64,000 nucleotides of DNA from Lingula anatina (lineage: Eukaryota; Animalia; Brachiopoda): NCBI GenBank assembly GCA_051362555.1, contig CM120641.1, positions 33,176,401 to 33,240,400 of the forward strand. The letters are read 5' to 3'. Made by a program: the position numbers and the translations under genes. Numbering within the stretch: position 1 is the stretch's first letter; the number at the start of each line of letters is the position of its first letter. Positions 61,202-64,000 of this stretch are shown here, piece by piece. The notes below the pieces were generated by a model. The model was given only the letters and a program-made list of their open reading frames with translations, had not been told where the DNA came from and did not search any database.

Positions 61202-63897
61202 ATGGCTGCGGAAGAAAGCGTGCCAGATGGCAGAGTGGTTGAACAAACACCCGAAGGCACTGCAGGAGAGCACGGCTTCTCCGTTGAAGGTAAAAATGAC
61301 TAAATTTTAACTTTTGTACTTGATAATGTCCCATATTTTGGCTTTTTTATTCAGGAACAACACCAACTCGAATTCCACATGTGAACTTCTCAGTTCAGCG
61401 TTGCAGCTACATTTATTGGTACTTATGGCTAAGCAGTATGCCCACATGTTTACAAGTCTGTTTTTCTTTCATATTCAGTTTTTTGGTGACTTCAGTCAAT
61501 GCCTCTGCTATTCATATAAATAAGCTTGGCTGCTCGTGCTAACTTGTATTCAATTAATGCTTTTTTAGAAAGTTTTTACTAGAAACAACAAGCCCATTCA
61601 GATATATAGCAGGGCACTCATGCATTAGCACTCCTGTTCACAGTTTCTGATATGTACTGAAAGTGAATGCCTCAAAAACTGTAAAGTGATGACCATCTTA
61701 CACATCCATGGTATGGGTGGGTCCAGAGATATTTTCTGACAGTCTTCCAAATTATCTTTGTTGATCTATCCTCCATTTTTGACTGTCTTCCAACATAAAA
61801 AATTAGATTCCTGTCAGTGTAAACTTGAAAAATTTTGACCATCTTCAGGAAGACCCAAAAGACGGCCTCTATCCGCCCCTGACATCCACTGTGATGTGGG
61901 AGCTTTGAAATCTTTATCTTACCTCTCATCTCAACTTGTACATTCTTGTAAAACCAACCAGTTATCCCATTGACAGAGCCACGAGTAAAGTAACAGTTGT
62001 GAGGCCTTCTCTGGCATGCACTAGCCCATGCAGTATATATCAGAAACCATTTTTATGAGTGCTAATGCGTGAATTTTGTGCTATCAGATATGCTGAAGAG
62101 AACTGGAGTTATTTGAGGGGTGCACTTTATCAAATCAGTTTAAGTTAATCTTTGTGAGATTACACAAGGAGACACAGGCATACTAAATTCAAAGAATGAT
62201 ATTAAAGAGTTTGTTTGAATTCTTCACACAGTGATAAAATGAAAGATTAACGTAAAGTTTGCATTAGACATTACTAAAAGGAGAACATTTTGAAATTCTT
62301 TATTTTTGTAGTATTACAAGTTGTAAAGGATGCTCAACAGCAGCATGGGTTACGACATGGAGATTACCAGCGTTACAGGGGCTACTGTAGTAGAAGGCTG
62401 AGGAGGATCAGAAAGTCTCTGCACTTTATGCAAGGAGACAAAAGGAGGGTGCAGCCTAAGAAGATTACAGAAGAAAATATGACTGATACAAAGTAATTTT
62501 CGTGTTATTTTGATGTTAAAAATGTGTGCAATTTAGATAGTGAGACACAGCATACTTAGTGAATTATTTTTAAGAAGTAAACATGTTTACATCACAAATA
62601 TATAAATATATCGAATATGAGAACAAGTAATTTTGATCTCTGCATCATTTCTAGATCAGCATTGCTGCCCATTGTAACCCATTTGTGCATATGTTAATCA
62701 CTATCTGTTTTATTCCAGATTTTTGTACCTCCCATTAATGTCTGCAGAGCGGTGCTGGAGCTATGCTATGCAACTGAAGGCAGAGTCCAATACAGAACCA
62801 AGGAAAAAGTTCCACATGGTTTCTAAGCTGAGAAAAGGAGTGCAGTATGCAGATGAACTGGCTGGTTTATGTAATAGTGATAAATGTGATGCTAGGACAA
62901 AATTAGAAGCTCAGGTAGTTACAGTAGATTGAAGACTGCACCTCATTGATTTTTGAATATTGTCACTAGGATAATGATATCTGAAGTGAAATCGCTTTGA
63001 ATTCTTTAATGGAAGTGATATTTGTAATGTATATTTTGATTAATAAAATATAAGGTAATCAGTCATTAAATAAGCCATTCTAAGAGTTACAGCTTCTATT
63101 TAGATTAATTTTTATTTGGCTGTGTTATTTCTTCAAAAATTGTACATACTTGAATTTAAATCTATTCCAGGCTTATAGTGCATGGATGAAGGCGACACTC
63201 ATGTTTGAGCTTGGAAGATGGAAAGAATCCATAGAACTATATGGAAAGGCAAAGTAAGCGTGTCTGTAAAAAACTTTAATCCTTAATATACCAATGCTTT
63301 TTGTAGACCTCATTCATACTCTTGACCTTCATTATTTAAAACGGAGAAAATATTTTAAATTAATTACATCGTTAAATAGTTTTTTTTTCTTTTTTAACTT
63401 TCTTGGAAGTTAGATCCATACCTGAATCACCTGTTTATGTAAAACTATGCGGCTAGATTAAAGACCACTTTAGTGATGAAAATACCAAAACCACTAGCAA
63501 GATTCTAAAAACAGCATGAATATTCTTCAATATTATTGTGCACAGTGATTTTCAAGGATAGATTCTGTGCTTATGTTGATACAGTAGCAACAAAGATACA
63601 CATCAGCACTGTCATTTTTTAGATAACGAGTGAAAATGTGATGATAAAGGCAACCCTGCCTTGTAGAACTATTTTCTAGAGGTACTATCTTACTGTTACA
63701 GAACCATCTACGAGAAGCTGAGTACAGCTTTCAGTGATGATGTCCAGGCTTTGTACAAGCAGAGGGTAGATGAGATAGCTCCTAACATCCGCTACTGTGC
63801 CTACAACATAGGAGATGAAACTGCTGTCAGTGACCTGGTACAGATGAGAGCCAAGACAGGGGGAGGAGCAGAGGATATGTTGACATCTAAAATAGAT
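61202..63897 (+). CDS. SRP68: Signal recognition particle subunit SRP68, 5' part (continues beyond the window)
   Basis: Exons 61202-61289, 62312-62492 ([32 protein letters not shown]), 62719-62914 ([12 protein letters not shown]...DARTKLEAQ), 63171-63253 and 63702-63897 ([12 protein letters not shown]). Introns are GT-AG and the frame is continuous. Confidence 0.97.
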
Positions 63898-64000
63898 GTA
63901 AGAAATTTTTTACCCGTAGTGTATATTTGTCTGTTTCATTTTTCAGTTTCAATAGATATTGAGATGGGTTTGATTTTGGTTAAAACTTATCCGATAAAGT

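Noticed and set aside
61678-61745. Possible C/D-box snoRNA in SRP68 intron 1 (GTGATGA...CTGA with a short terminal stem)
   Set aside because: Only about 54 nt span the boxes, with no clear C'/D' boxes or recognisable rRNA guide; it would need snoscan or Infernal and small-RNA data.

Overview
This is AT-rich, intron-rich animal genomic DNA; the repeat types suggest a marine invertebrate, possibly a mollusc (inference only). By manual splice-site reading I found seven protein-coding genes. They are: the terminal exon of an unidentified acidic, proline-rich protein (+); a synaptotagmin-15-like gene (-); histidine decarboxylase (-, 13 coding exons including a 20-nt micro-exon and a GC-AG intron); an uncharacterised 407-aa type-I membrane protein (-); a TBC-domain Rab-GAP (+) lying head-to-head with it; STUB1/CHIP (-); and the 5' part of SRP68 (+) lying head-to-head with STUB1. 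Non-coding DNA holds two Tc1/mariner relics, a hAT relic with a 6-bp target duplication, a LINE reverse-transcriptase relic, a fold-back MITE family, Helentron-like elements and two satellite arrays. I found no rRNA, tRNA or CRISPR. I cannot claim a proven new system. The best leads are the orphan membrane protein sharing a promoter with the Rab-GAP, decayed copies of an HDC exon end in the next intron, the promoter-bearing hAT inside STUB1, and a long hairpin downstream of HDC. All exon coordinates are hand-derived, with frames checked to be continuous.
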